From the IMG/VR virus record IMGVR_UViG_2541047795_000004: DNA of 44,950 nucleotides; one strand, written 5' to 3'. A program made the translations under genes and the position numbers. The notes under the pieces were generated by a model. It made no database searches. It worked only from the letters and a program-made list of their open reading frames with translations, and was not told the DNA's origin. Below, piece after piece: positions 9,383 to 18,776 of this stretch (position 1 is its first letter; every line of letters starts with the position of its first letter). The DNA is from a virus (taxonomy: Duplodnaviria > Heunggongvirae > Uroviricota > Caudoviricetes).

Positions 9383-9790
9383 CAAACGGATCAAAAAGCG
9401 TTACCAGAGGAAGAGGAAGAGGAAGATATAAATACTGATCTCCCCCTAAATCCCCCTCGGCAAAAACGAGCGTCTAAACAATTCGAGCCGGAGGCCATTG
9501 CTCTGCCCGACTGGTTGCCAGAAACACTCTGGAATGAGTGGGTCCAGTTCAGGCAGGCATTGCGAAAACCGATTCGAACGGAGCAGGGCGCTAACGGGGC
9601 GATACGGGAACTGGAAAAATTCCGCCAGCAGGGTTTTACCCCTGAGCAGGTGATTCGACACAGCATCGCCAATGAATACCAGGGCTTGTTCGCGCCGAAA
9701 AGTGTTCGGCCTGAGACGTTGCTCCGACAGGTTAACACTGTCTCGTTTCCGGACAGTGCGATCCCGCCAGGCTTCAGGGGGTAACTGACC

Positions 9791-10537
9791 ATGAAAAATA
9801 TTGCGACAGGCGGCGTTCTGGAACGTATCCGCAGACTGGCCCCGCCACATGTAACCGCGCCATTCAGGACGGTGGCGGAGTGGCGCGAGTGGCAACTTGC
9901 AGAAGGCCAGAAACGTTGCGAGGAGATCAATCGCCAGAATCGTCAGTTGCGGGTGGAAAAAATTCTGAATCGCTCCGGCATCCAGCCGTTGCACCGCAAA
10001 TGCTCGTTTTCGAATTACCAGGTGCAGAACGACGGCCAGCGATACGCGTTGAGCCAGGCGAAATCCATCGCCGATGAACTGATGGTCGGGTGTACAAATT
10101 TTGCGTTTAGCGGAAAACCTGGTACCGGAAAAAACCATCTGGCGGCGGCTATCGGGAATCGCCTGCTGAAAAACGGTCAGACAGTGATTGTGGTTACCGT
10201 GGCTGATGTTATGAGTGCTCTACACGCCAGCTATGACGACGGGCAATCAGGCGAAAAATTTTTGCGGGAACTGTGCGAAGTGGATCTGCTGGTTCTTGAT
10301 GAAATTGGCATTCAGCGCGAGACAAAAAACGAGCAGGTGGTACTGCACCAGATTGTTGATCGCCGGACAGCGTCGATCCGCAGCGTGGGGATGCTGACAA
10401 ACCTGAACTATGAGGCCATGAAAACATTGCTCGGCGAGAGGATTATGGATCGGATGACCATGAACGGCGGGCGATGGGTGAATTTTAACTGGGAGAGCTG
10501 GCGCCCGAATGTTGGTCAGCCAGGAATTGAGAAGTAA
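9791..10537 (+). CDS. ydaV: DnaC-like helicase loader (IstB-like AAA+ ATPase, YdaV-like)
   Basis: Walker A SGKPGTGKNHLAAAIG and Walker B DLLVLDEIG; directly follows the initiator-like gene. Confidence 0.85.
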   Translation: MKNIATGGVLERIRRLAPPHVTAPFRTVAEWREWQLAEGQKRCEEINRQNRQLRVEKILNRSGIQPLHRKCSFSNYQVQNDGQRYALSQAKSIADELMVGCTNFAFSGKPGTGKNHLAAAIGNRLLKNGQTVIVVTVADVMSALHASYDDGQSGEKFLRELCEVDLLVLDEIGIQRETKNEQVVLHQIVDRRTASIRSVGMLTNLNYEAMKTLLGERIMDRMTMNGGRWVNFNWESWRPNVGQPGIEK

Positions 10538-10559
10538 TTTTTACCGGGAGGAAATTTTA

Positions 10560-11285
10560 ATGGAGACCGTTTTTGACGCACTGAAAGCAATGGGAAAAGC
10601 CTCTTCCCAGGAAGTGGCAGCACGTCTGGGAATGACCCGGGATGAGGCGATTAACGAGCTGTGGAAACTGAAGCGTCGTGGGGAAGCTGATAACAAGGGC
10701 CCGATGTGGTGGTTGACTCAAACCGACGAAAACGCATCTGTAGCACAGGCTTCTAAAGTGACAGCGCAAATGCTGATCGAGGCGATTGAACAGCATGGCC
10801 CTAAAGCGGCTGATGAACTTGCACTGATATTCAGAATTACTTCCCGCAGGGTGAACTCATCGCTGGCTATGGCCATCAGCAAAGGTCGTCTGATTCGCGT
10901 AAATCAGAACGGTAAATTTCGTTACTGCCTGCCGGACGGTAATTTACCAGCAGAGCCGAAAGTTGTATCGGTAGTGAAAACACCTGGTAAAGGCTTTCCT
11001 CAGCCAGCCGGTGTTGCGTTACCAGTACAGGAAGCGGCAACACAGGAAGAAATTAAAACAGATACTGTGGGGGACATTGTGCAGTCACTACCATCGTTCA
11101 CTGAAACGCGAGCCAATGACCTGATTATACCATCGCTGCAAATGGCAAACCGCGAACTGCGCCGGGCGAAAAGTTATGTCCAGAAGTGGGAGCGAGTCTG
11201 CGCCGCGCTGCGTGAGCTGAACAAGCACCAGGATATTGTCCGTCAGATTGTCGATTCCTCCAGTCGTATTGTGTCGGAAAAGTGA
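10560..11285 (+). CDS. Hypothetical phage protein, 241 aa, probable winged-helix N-terminus
   Basis: ATG at 10560 with a GGGAGG Shine-Dalgarno; the ORF-track upstream extension from 10509 overlaps the preceding gene. Confidence 0.6.
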   Translation: METVFDALKAMGKASSQEVAARLGMTRDEAINELWKLKRRGEADNKGPMWWLTQTDENASVAQASKVTAQMLIEAIEQHGPKAADELALIFRITSRRVNSSLAMAISKGRLIRVNQNGKFRYCLPDGNLPAEPKVVSVVKTPGKGFPQPAGVALPVQEAATQEEIKTDTVGDIVQSLPSFTETRANDLIIPSLQMANRELRRAKSYVQKWERVCAALRELNKHQDIVRQIVDSSSRIVSEK

Positions 11286-11300
11286 TTCTAGGGGAGGGCT

Positions 11301-11724
11301 TATGGCAAAAGTATTAACACAGGAAGAGCGCGAAAAAATTAAAGGGCAGATTGTTGATCTCGTACGCCAGAGTGAGCGAGAGACGTTACGACAACTGGAA
11401 GCTAAAACAGGGGCAACCAGATATCTGATAAGTATTCTCGCCAAAGAGCTGGTTTCGAGTGGTTACGTATACAACTCTGGCTACGGGTTATTCCCGTCTG
11501 AGCAGGCACGTAAAGACTGGCAAAACGCCAGCAAAAAACTCTCGAGTGCAAAGTCGAAGGAACCGGTTATGGTTGATCCTGACCTTATCTGCTCGTTATC
11601 TGACGGAGAAATACGTCGTTACGACAGGCGTCATAATATAATTTGTAGTGAGTGCCGTAAAAGAGAAGTTATGCAGCGTGTACTGGCGTTTTATCGGGGA
11701 AACTTTCAAGAGGTGCTGTTGTGA
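11301..11724 (+). CDS. Hypothetical phage protein, 141 aa
   Basis: ATG at 11301 preceded by GGGGAGGG; C-terminal Cys pair CSEC. Confidence 0.55.
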
Positions 11725-11884
11725 GCCAAATTAATAATCGGAACTTGGTGAAGTGAAAGAGAAAGCATAACCCAAATCTGAATAATTAAATTCAGCACTG
11801 TGAATAAAATAGAGTCCTTAACCGGAGGAATTCCTGCACTCTCAAATCATCAGGAGGCCGCCCGAAAAGGCGGTGGAGATAATA

Positions 11885-12403
11885 ATGGAAATAACTAAAG
11901 AACGATTATTGGAAATAGCAAATCTTAGTGATGGGGCATTAAGTGATGGGAGAATTATTTCTCCTGATGCTTATGAATCAGTTACAAGTATAGAAATAAT
12001 AACGATGGCTAGGATGCTTCTTGCGCGATTCAAAAAAGAATATAAAAAACAGGTAGATAGCAATGCTAATATATATGATATTTTGGACGGTTGGGGAGCC
12101 TGGGCTGTAGCTGAAAATAGTTCTATTGATTGGCAGGAAATAGCTGATAAATATAAAAATGTTGTTCCTCATGGTAAAAAATCACGTCGTCAGTGCAGCA
12201 ATGATGAAGGGGGTATAATTGATACCTGCATGTTGAGGCTTAAACAATATAGGATAGATGACTATGAGTTAATTATCGCTCATTTTGTTATGGGAGTTTC
12301 ATTGCGTTGTTTAGCTAAGATAAACGAATGTTCAGATGGTAAAATAAGGAAAAAAATGCAAATGGCAATGGGATTTATTGCAGGTTGTATCTATTACCGT
12401 TGA
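11885..12403 (+). CDS. Q-like antiterminator paralog (QuuD/phage-82-type resemblance), AT-rich
   Basis: WGAW motif followed by a Cys-containing segment and a C-terminal helix, parallel to the Q gene at 16732; GGTGGAG Shine-Dalgarno before the ATG at 11885. Confidence 0.45.
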   Translation: MEITKERLLEIANLSDGALSDGRIISPDAYESVTSIEIITMARMLLARFKKEYKKQVDSNANIYDILDGWGAWAVAENSSIDWQEIADKYKNVVPHGKKSRRQCSNDEGGIIDTCMLRLKQYRIDDYELIIAHFVMGVSLRCLAKINECSDGKIRKKMQMAMGFIAGCIYYR

Positions 12404-12433
12404 TTTTTTAAGGCGAGTTTCTCTCGCCTTAAA

Positions 12434-13867
12434 TTAACTACAGTAACTATTGATTAAGTGAGAACTGAGCCAAGAGGTAATTGCATTCGTAGCATGTTCA
12501 TCAAGCATTGAGAATCCTAATATGATCATTATAAATGAAATCAGCAAAGTCAGAATCACAACGAATGTGGCTATAATCTGATAAGCTTTGTATGCTTCTC
12601 TTAATGGTGTGACTGCAAGATTCTCATAGTCAGTATCATCAAGAAAACCATATAGTTTATCTCTCCAGACTAGCCTAGTATTATCAAGTATCTTAAAGTA
12701 ATTTTTATTTATGAAGAGAGTTGTAACCTGAGATATAAAAATATATATAGATAACGCGAAGAACATATATGGGAATATGTTATTGGTTATATTAATCTTT
12801 GATGCGTCTAGCGCATATTTTATTGCAAATAGACTTATAACCAGAGCCAGATCTTTCCAAAGAGCGGATGTGATGTCTTTAGACTGACTTATTATTTTTT
12901 GCGTGTCTTCAGCTAAGGTTTTCCTTAGATCGGACAGAGATTTAATAGTCTCTCTGCTGCTAGCGCGAATGTGGGCCTTATATAGTAATTTTGCTGACTC
13001 AAAGGCCATAGGGAGTTTTTTTGGTAAACCCTCACAGAAGGATACATACTCTGGCCATTCTCGTGCTAACTCACTTGTGAAGAAAGTATGTTTGAGTTCA
13101 ATCTCATTGCCCTCAATAAAGATCCAGTTTATTACAGTTTGTAAAACTGAATAGTCGGAAAGCAGAATGTCTGGATCTCCATAAATTAATTTTTTTGGTG
13201 GCTTTCCAGTTAAACAAATTGATTTCTTTTCATCTGCTAATAATTCATTAACGAGAGTGCGACAAAGCATATTGCAGGAAACTTGTAACCATTTTTTGAA
13301 AAAGTTGTCCTCTGCCTCAGGCATTTTATAAAGTACCCAAGGAGCTATATCAGATGCAGGCATGAACTCACTAGAATAGAATTTAACGTAGCTCTGTAAA
13401 TTGATTGAAGTTCGTACGGTTTCATTAGATTCAATTTTTTCTGGAGCATGGTTCCATGGCTCAACAGAATATCCTAAAGTTTCAAATCCATGTTTCAAAC
13501 CGAGAATATTCACTTTATTGGTTATTGATACTAAATCATCATTGTGTAGAAAAACATTCCACCCTTCGAGCGTAAAAATATACCTGTTATTTTCGAATGC
13601 AATGCATTTTAGCGTAATGTTAAGTTTATCACCTTCACTGCATGACGATGGTTTTACTTCATCATTACAGTCATCTTTAACAGTAATTTCAATCCAATTT
13701 GGTACGTTTTCGTAAACGTACTGCCAAAGAATGAGTGCATCTTTGTCCATTTTGGCAGAAATTAGAACGCGCGCAGAATCATTTTTTATTGATTCTGATG
13801 CCAAAAATTCAGGGTCTTTCCTTGACGCCTGTATAGACTCATCGATTTTTTGAAGTATCGATGTCAT
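12434..13867 (-). CDS. Cassette gene B: uncharacterised 477-aa protein, large soluble N-terminal domain plus C-terminal transmembrane helices
   Basis: Hydrophobic helices IFPYMFFALSIYIFISQVTTLFI and IIATFVVILTLLISFIMIILGFSML near the C-terminus; GAGGA Shine-Dalgarno 10 nt before the ATG at 13867; overlaps gene A by 29 nt; AT-rich. Confidence 0.7.
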   Translation of the reverse strand: MTSILQKIDESIQASRKDPEFLASESIKNDSARVLISAKMDKDALILWQYVYENVPNWIEITVKDDCNDEVKPSSCSEGDKLNITLKCIAFENNRYIFTLEGWNVFLHNDDLVSITNKVNILGLKHGFETLGYSVEPWNHAPEKIESNETVRTSINLQSYVKFYSSEFMPASDIAPWVLYKMPEAEDNFFKKWLQVSCNMLCRTLVNELLADEKKSICLTGKPPKKLIYGDPDILLSDYSVLQTVINWIFIEGNEIELKHTFFTSELAREWPEYVSFCEGLPKKLPMAFESAKLLYKAHIRASSRETIKSLSDLRKTLAEDTQKIISQSKDITSALWKDLALVISLFAIKYALDASKINITNNIFPYMFFALSIYIFISQVTTLFINKNYFKILDNTRLVWRDKLYGFLDDTDYENLAVTPLREAYKAYQIIATFVVILTLLISFIMIILGFSMLDEHATNAITSWLSSHLINSYCS

Positions 13868-14897
13868 CAGTAATAATCCTCGCAGTAGTAACAATAATTT
13901 GTTTTCGCCCATCATCTAAGTTTCTTATTTCTGGACGGTCATCTTCATTATAACTAATTACTACACTTTCTGCAGTTTCAATTTTTCGTCTTGGTGGTTT
14001 ATGAATGCCATCTGCTTTTATAGTAAAGGATTCGCCTTCAATACCAGCATTTTTTGTTTGAGTTTTGAATGTGTTGAGAATTGGTGATTTTTCATCTAAC
14101 GGCCCAAAAATGCTGGTCAATAACGGAGAAGCATCTTCAGGATTATATTCGAAATCAGCTCTGCTTAAAACTTCATATATTTTATTTACGCCGCTTTTTT
14201 GAATTGACTCTGGCAATAATTCTTTATGCCTTTTGAAGGTTATTTTCAGCGCATCAATAAGCTTATTGCAAAGTTCAATTTCAGAGTTGACTCTTTTAAC
14301 ATTTAAGAAGCCTTTAAAATATCCTGAAATATTGGTTCTTTTACTCCTGTCTTTTACAATAACTTTCCCGCCTTTCCCACTTGGATCAAGTTGAATTAAC
14401 GCTATTTTTTGCATTGCCTCAGCTTTTTTTACGAAAGTTTCATGAAATCTTTCTAAAGTAGGCATTTGTTCTTCAGATAACTTTTCGTCAAGAACATAAC
14501 GAACCACATCTTCATTATCGTATTTTATAATTGCATAGAATTTTTCCTTATCTGAAACCAATTCAAATAAGAAAAAGCATCCCATACTCGTGTTACCGCT
14601 AGAATGGTGTGACTGAAAATCACTGGCCAGTAGCTTCGATTGTTCTGTAAAACAATTAGCTTCAGCATCTGCTTTATCTCTAATGATACGCAGGATTCTT
14701 TCGGTATTTGAATTCTCCAGAAAAGTGAAAAGATTTCCTTTCAGTGAAGATTTGATACGTTCAAGAAAAAAATCCACATGCTGAACTGGTTTTATTTCTT
14801 TGAGAAGTGTCGGTGCTTCAAGATTCTTACCTACAACGTGAAAGATCATTTTATTAATGACTAAATTTTGTACGTCTTGTTCAGAAAGGAAACTCAT
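13839..14897 (-). CDS. Cassette gene A: uncharacterised 352-aa cytoplasmic protein, tentative weak resemblance to NA37/YejK-type nucleoid-associated proteins
   Basis: GGAG Shine-Dalgarno before the ATG at 14897; no transmembrane segment; the NA37 resemblance is by eye only and unverified. Confidence 0.7.
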   Translation of the reverse strand: MSFLSEQDVQNLVINKMIFHVVGKNLEAPTLLKEIKPVQHVDFFLERIKSSLKGNLFTFLENSNTERILRIIRDKADAEANCFTEQSKLLASDFQSHHSSGNTSMGCFFLFELVSDKEKFYAIIKYDNEDVVRYVLDEKLSEEQMPTLERFHETFVKKAEAMQKIALIQLDPSGKGGKVIVKDRSKRTNISGYFKGFLNVKRVNSEIELCNKLIDALKITFKRHKELLPESIQKSGVNKIYEVLSRADFEYNPEDASPLLTSIFGPLDEKSPILNTFKTQTKNAGIEGESFTIKADGIHKPPRRKIETAESVVISYNEDDRPEIRNLDDGRKQIIVTTARIITDDIDTSKNR

Positions 14898-15226
14898 CCT
14901 GACTCCATAATCAAGCAGATTAGAACTATGACTAGTCTAGTATATGCATCTTTTGGTGCGTACGCAAAAGTTCTTAAACTCAAAATGTTATCGCGGATAG
15001 ATCTTTGTAGAGTCAGTGATTGGCGCAGGTAGGTGGTAACAGCAGACAAATAGCTGCGGATACTTGAGGCTATCTGCCTCGGGCATGAACATCAAAGGCA
15101 GATAGAGAAAAGCCCCAGTTAACATTACGCATCCGGCAAGACGCTTAACATTAATCTGAGGCCAATTTCATGCTTTGCACATGTAGGTTAGCCTCTTACG
15201 TGCCGAAAGGCAAGGAGAAGCAGGCT

Positions 15227-15382
15227 ATGAAGCAGCAAAAGGCGATGTTAGTCGCCCTGATCGTCATCTGTTTAACCGTTATAGTGACGGTACTGGTAAC
15301 GAGGAAAGACCTCTGCGAGGTACGAATCCGAACCGACCAGACGGAGGTCGCTGTCTTCACAGCTTACGAACTTGGGGAGTAA
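15227..15382 (+). CDS. hok: Hok/Gef-family type I toxin, 51 aa
   Basis: MKQQKAMLVALIVICLTVIVTVLVTRKDLCEVRIRTDQTEVAVFTAYE is a Hok-family sequence with one transmembrane helix; a 7-bp stem-loop follows at about 15389-15407. Confidence 0.8.
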   Translation: MKQQKAMLVALIVICLTVIVTVLVTRKDLCEVRIRTDQTEVAVFTAYELGE

Positions 15383-15845
15383 GAGGACCGGCGGGGAGAA
15401 ATCCCCGCAACCTCTGATGTATTATGCATCCTCAACGCAGCCACAGTTAACCTGATTGGCGGGTTTATTTCATCTGTAAATATATTTATAAAAATAATGC
15501 CCACGCACAGCATAAAACAAAAAGTATTACAGATAAAAAAGGAACGTAATGTGCAGATTTGTTGTTTTCCATATTTACTCACCTTAATATGATTAACCCT
15601 GATAGGGTTGTTATTTCAGCGGTTTTCAAATGAGATATTATGGTGATCTGACAAATTTGCATAACATTAAAATTTAATTTGTTTAACCGCTTTTAATAAT
15701 AAGCGTTGTTTGTATCCCAGCAATCTGTTGTTTGGTTTTTATTCCATTAAGGTGGGGGCTTTACACTGGAGCCAGTTTATTTATACTTCATACGTCAGCC
15801 TGAACAACTGGCATCTGCTGCGCTGCGCCATCGAGAGATTGAGAA

Positions 15846-16445
15846 ATGGCGCATATACAACTGGTCAAACAAACCTCTTCCGGATTACTTCTCCCGGCGA
15901 CGCCGGAGAGTTGTGATTTTCTGCATCAAATCAAAATAGGCGAGTGGATACACGCAGACTTTAAGCGTGTGCGTAACTACGCATTCCACAAGCGTTTTTT
16001 CAAACTCCTGCAACTGGGATTCGATTACTGGACTCCGGTCGGTGGGGCGATCACGCCTCGCGAACGAAAACTGCTGTCTGGTTTCGTTGATTACCTGTGC
16101 GAATCAGTTGGTCGGGAACACACGCCAGCCCTGAGTGATGCCGCAGAGCAATATCTGAATACAGTTGCGACACGCAGAACCCGGGATACGGCATTGTTAA
16201 AGTCGTTTGAGGCTTTTCGCGAGTGGGTAACCATTCAGGCTGGATTTTACACCGAACATTTTTATCCGGACGGTAGCCATGGGCGTCGGGCGAAATCCAT
16301 CGCTTTTGCGAATATGGACGAAACCGAGTTTCAGCAGGTTTATAAATCTGTTCTGAATGTGCTGTGGAACTGGATTCTGTTCCGTAAATTTTCCTCTCCG
16401 GAACAAGTCGAAAATGTGGCCGCGCAGCTGCTGGAGTTTGCGTAA
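15846..16445 (+). CDS. Nin-region protein, DUF1367-like (YdfU/YbcN-like)
   Basis: 199-aa ORF directly upstream of the YbcO-like and Q genes; family call from position and remembered resemblance. Confidence 0.55.
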   Translation: MAHIQLVKQTSSGLLLPATPESCDFLHQIKIGEWIHADFKRVRNYAFHKRFFKLLQLGFDYWTPVGGAITPRERKLLSGFVDYLCESVGREHTPALSDAAEQYLNTVATRRTRDTALLKSFEAFREWVTIQAGFYTEHFYPDGSHGRRAKSIAFANMDETEFQQVYKSVLNVLWNWILFRKFSSPEQVENVAAQLLEFA

Positions 16446-16735
16446 TGGTGGATTTACGTAAAGCGGCGCGGGGGCAGATGTGCACCGTCAGAATTCCTGG
16501 CTACTGCAATCACGATCCGGAAACGTCTGTGCTGGCGCATTACCGACTGGCGGGAACGTGCGGAACAGCGACAAAACCACACAATATGCAGGCGGCGATT
16601 GCCTGTAGCTCATGCCACGATCTAATCGACGGGCGGGTAAAAACCATCGATTACACCAAAGAAGAATTACGCCTGATGCATGCAGAAGGTGTTCTTCGCA
16701 CACAAGAAATCTGGAGAAAGGAGGGATATTTATGA
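16445..16735 (+). CDS. YbcO-like Cys-rich putative nuclease (DUF1364-like), 96 aa
   Basis: Cys pattern C..C....C...CSSCHD and size characteristic of nin-region YbcO-type proteins. Confidence 0.55.
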   Translation: MVDLRKAARGQMCTVRIPGYCNHDPETSVLAHYRLAGTCGTATKPHNMQAAIACSSCHDLIDGRVKTIDYTKEELRLMHAEGVLRTQEIWRKEGYL

Positions 16736-17274
16736 TTTACCCAACGAATACAGGAAAAAGCGGAGAACACCTTCGTCTCACCACGCTGGAAAGTGTCTGG
16801 ATTCAGGGAAAACTACGTATGTGGGGGCGCTGGTCGTATATTGGCGGCGGTAAGACGGGGAATATGTTCAACCAGTTGTTGGCCTCTAAAAAGCTGACAA
16901 AAACGGCAATTAACGAGGCGCTCCGGAGGATGAAAAAAGCAGGTCTGAACAAGTCTGAACTTGAGGCTTTTTTGCGGGATATGATTAACGGTAAGCAAAA
17001 GAGCTGGCTGGCGCATTGTACTGATGCAGAGGCGTTATGTATTGATCGGGTCATAAGTGAGGTGCTGGCAGAGCATCCAGGATTGATTAGCGTCCTTCGG
17101 CAACGGTATGAGGGGCGGGGGATGACCAAACGCAAAATGGCTGAATTGCTAAATGATGCACACCCAGAGTGGTGTTTTAGCACATGCGAAAAGCGAATTG
17201 CTAATTGGTTGGCCGTTGCTGAGTATGCGCTATACATTCCCATGCGAGAATCATTCGCTCAAAAAACGGCTTGA
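16732..17274 (+). CDS. Late-gene antiterminator Q, 180 aa
   Basis: ATG at 16732 with GGAGGG Shine-Dalgarno, overlapping the upstream stop; WGRW motif; immediately upstream of a promoter-like region, a terminator, tRNAs and the lysis cassette. Confidence 0.6.
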   Translation: MIYPTNTGKSGEHLRLTTLESVWIQGKLRMWGRWSYIGGGKTGNMFNQLLASKKLTKTAINEALRRMKKAGLNKSELEAFLRDMINGKQKSWLAHCTDAEALCIDRVISEVLAEHPGLISVLRQRYEGRGMTKRKMAELLNDAHPEWCFSTCEKRIANWLAVAEYALYIPMRESFAQKTA

Positions 17275-17340
17275 TTTTTTACGCATAAACTGCTTCAATT
17301 TTGCTACGCTTCGCAAAGCTGTATCGCGAGGCGAATCAAG
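17275..17340 (+). promoter_or_regulatory. Putative late promoter (PR'-like) and qut region
   Basis: Position only: TTGATT at 17275 followed 17 nt later by TTCAAT, directly after Q. Elements are weak. Confidence 0.3.
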
Positions 17341-17360
17341 CGCAATTAAACTTTAATAGA

Positions 17361-17390
17361 ACCCGCCATCGAGCGGGTTTTGTTGTTTCT
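17361..17390 (+). terminator. Intrinsic terminator (tR'-like) after Q
   Basis: Hairpin ACCCGC-CATCGA-GCGGGT followed by TTTTGTTGTTT. Confidence 0.55.
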
Positions 17391-17627
17391 GTGGTGTGAT
17401 ATCAGAAACGATATTTAATCATCGCCTTCAAAATAAATTTATTTATATGTTGTTGTATATATTTTAAGTGAAAGTGAATTATTCACATAAAATAAAAACA
17501 TATAAATAAATTTACATAACTTGACGCAAACTGTTGTTGCGATTGGAATATTAAATCGTATCATCGAAAACGGTTCTGAGGGGGAACTCTTCTTTGAACG
17601 GTGATATCGCTCCCCTGAAGAACCAAT

Positions 17628-17703
<76 letters not shown>

Positions 17704-17706
17704 TAT

Positions 17707-17781
<75 letters not shown>

Positions 17782-18147
17782 GCATTTGAAACAAGCCTTA
17801 TTGTATTACGGCACTGGCGTATTTTTTTATTACGTGGGAGCAGGTTGTTTTGAAAAAGCATTCTGTTCTCTGGCTATGATTTGAGGCCGGGTGTAGCCTC
17901 AGTGCTGATTTTTTTACGGCAGCAGAATGGTGCATTATCGGTGGAGATTTTGTATTTCCTGGCAGGGTCGGTGGTGCATCATTCTGGTGTTGTAAATCGC
18001 ACCACAGAGGCGCTCCTCAGTGCGAGGGTGGTTTAAAGAGTCGGTTTAGCGGGAAACCACAGTATCCATACAGCACGGAATACTTCGGGAGGCACCCGAC
18101 GCCTCGGTTTAATAACAATTAAAAAATTCATCCCTTGCATTGACCAA

Positions 18148-18172
18148 CCGCCATATCTGGCGGTTTTTTTTA
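18148..18172 (+). terminator. Intrinsic terminator in the ORF-free interval upstream of the lysis genes
   Basis: Palindrome CCGCCA-TATC-TGGCGG followed by T8. Confidence 0.5.
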
Positions 18173-18560
18173 TTCCTTTCTCAGGACAAAAAAAGACACG
18201 AGCATCCAGGAATACTCGTGGGACAACGTCCTTTAGATAGCAATTTGCGAGAGGGTGAAAAGTAGCGCGGTCGTCGGATTAAGACCGCGGGACAAAGTCC
18301 ATGAAGAATAATAAGTATTGGCCCCCTTCTGGGGACATGTTCATACTACTAAGCTTCAGAAGTGGTTTAAATCATCAAATTAACCTTAATTTTCGATAAG
18401 TCTTATTTCATTTCTTTGCGCCACATCTGGCGCGCATCAAATAACGCCACGCAAAGGGCATCTGCGGATGCCGGTGCTTTTGACGGGGTGTTTTTTACGG
18501 GCCGCTGGTGGCCATTTTTTGTTTCCATTACACAGCGCCCGCATCTGCGAGGTGGGGGTT

Positions 18561-18776
18561 ATGAAATCCATGGATAAGTTAACAACGGGTGTCGCCTATG
18601 GCACCTCCGCAAGCAGTGCTGGCTACTGGTTTTTACAGTTGCTCGATAGAGTAACTCCGTCACAGTGGGCTGCAATCGGTGTGCTGGGTAGTCTGGTTTT
18701 TGGCCTGCTGACGTACCTGACAAACCTTTATTTCAAGATTAAAGAAGATAAGCGCAAGGCTGCGAGAGGTGAATAA
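18561..18776 (+). CDS. Pinholin (phage-21 S-type class II holin), 71 aa, with dual-start motif MKSM
   Basis: [71 protein letters not shown] resembles S21 as recalled; TAATG overlap with the endolysin start. Confidence 0.85.
   Translation: MKSMDKLTTGVAYGTSASSAGYWFLQLLDRVTPSQWAAIGVLGSLVFGLLTYLTNLYFKIKEDKRKAARGE

Larger units (their letters stand above)
8995..9784 (+). pseudogene. ydaU: Replication initiator / replisome-organiser-like gene with a frame break at an A7 tract (9304-9310); two overlapping ORFs 8995-9366 and 9233-9784
   Basis: Frame 1 reads ...ERHNGKSSKK and frame 2 continues ...KKRAVTNERVTKIRELKRKG; removing one A gives a continuous 262-aa protein ahead of the DnaC-like loader. 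Confidence 0.5.

Noticed and set aside
9391-10138. Minus-strand ORFs of 179 and 230 aa antisense to the replication genes
   Set aside because: They overlap the initiator-like and DnaC-like genes on the other strand, with low-complexity translations and no start context.
15170-15226. In-frame upstream extension of hok in the ORF track (70 aa), possibly mok-like
   Set aside because: Annotated only the conserved 51-aa Hok ORF; whether a mok-like reading frame exists cannot be decided by eye.
15364-15916. Two ORFs (72 aa minus strand, 68 aa plus strand) in the AT-rich spacer between hok and the DUF1367-like gene
   Set aside because: Low-complexity AT-rich translations, no ribosome-binding sites, and one overlaps the next gene's start; more likely promoter or leader sequence.
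16051-17243. Minus-strand ORFs of 69-146 aa antisense to the DUF1367-like, YbcO-like and Q genes
   Set aside because: Antisense to a tightly coupled plus-strand gene series.
17560-17627. Possible third tRNA-like structure upstream of the two tRNAs
   Set aside because: Only a partial GAGGGG/CCCCTC stem could be found and no cloverleaf could be folded.
17782-18467. Possible Shiga toxin or other cargo gene in the Q-to-S interval
   Set aside because: No ORF of 60 aa or more on either strand; only very short ORFs without ribosome-binding sites.
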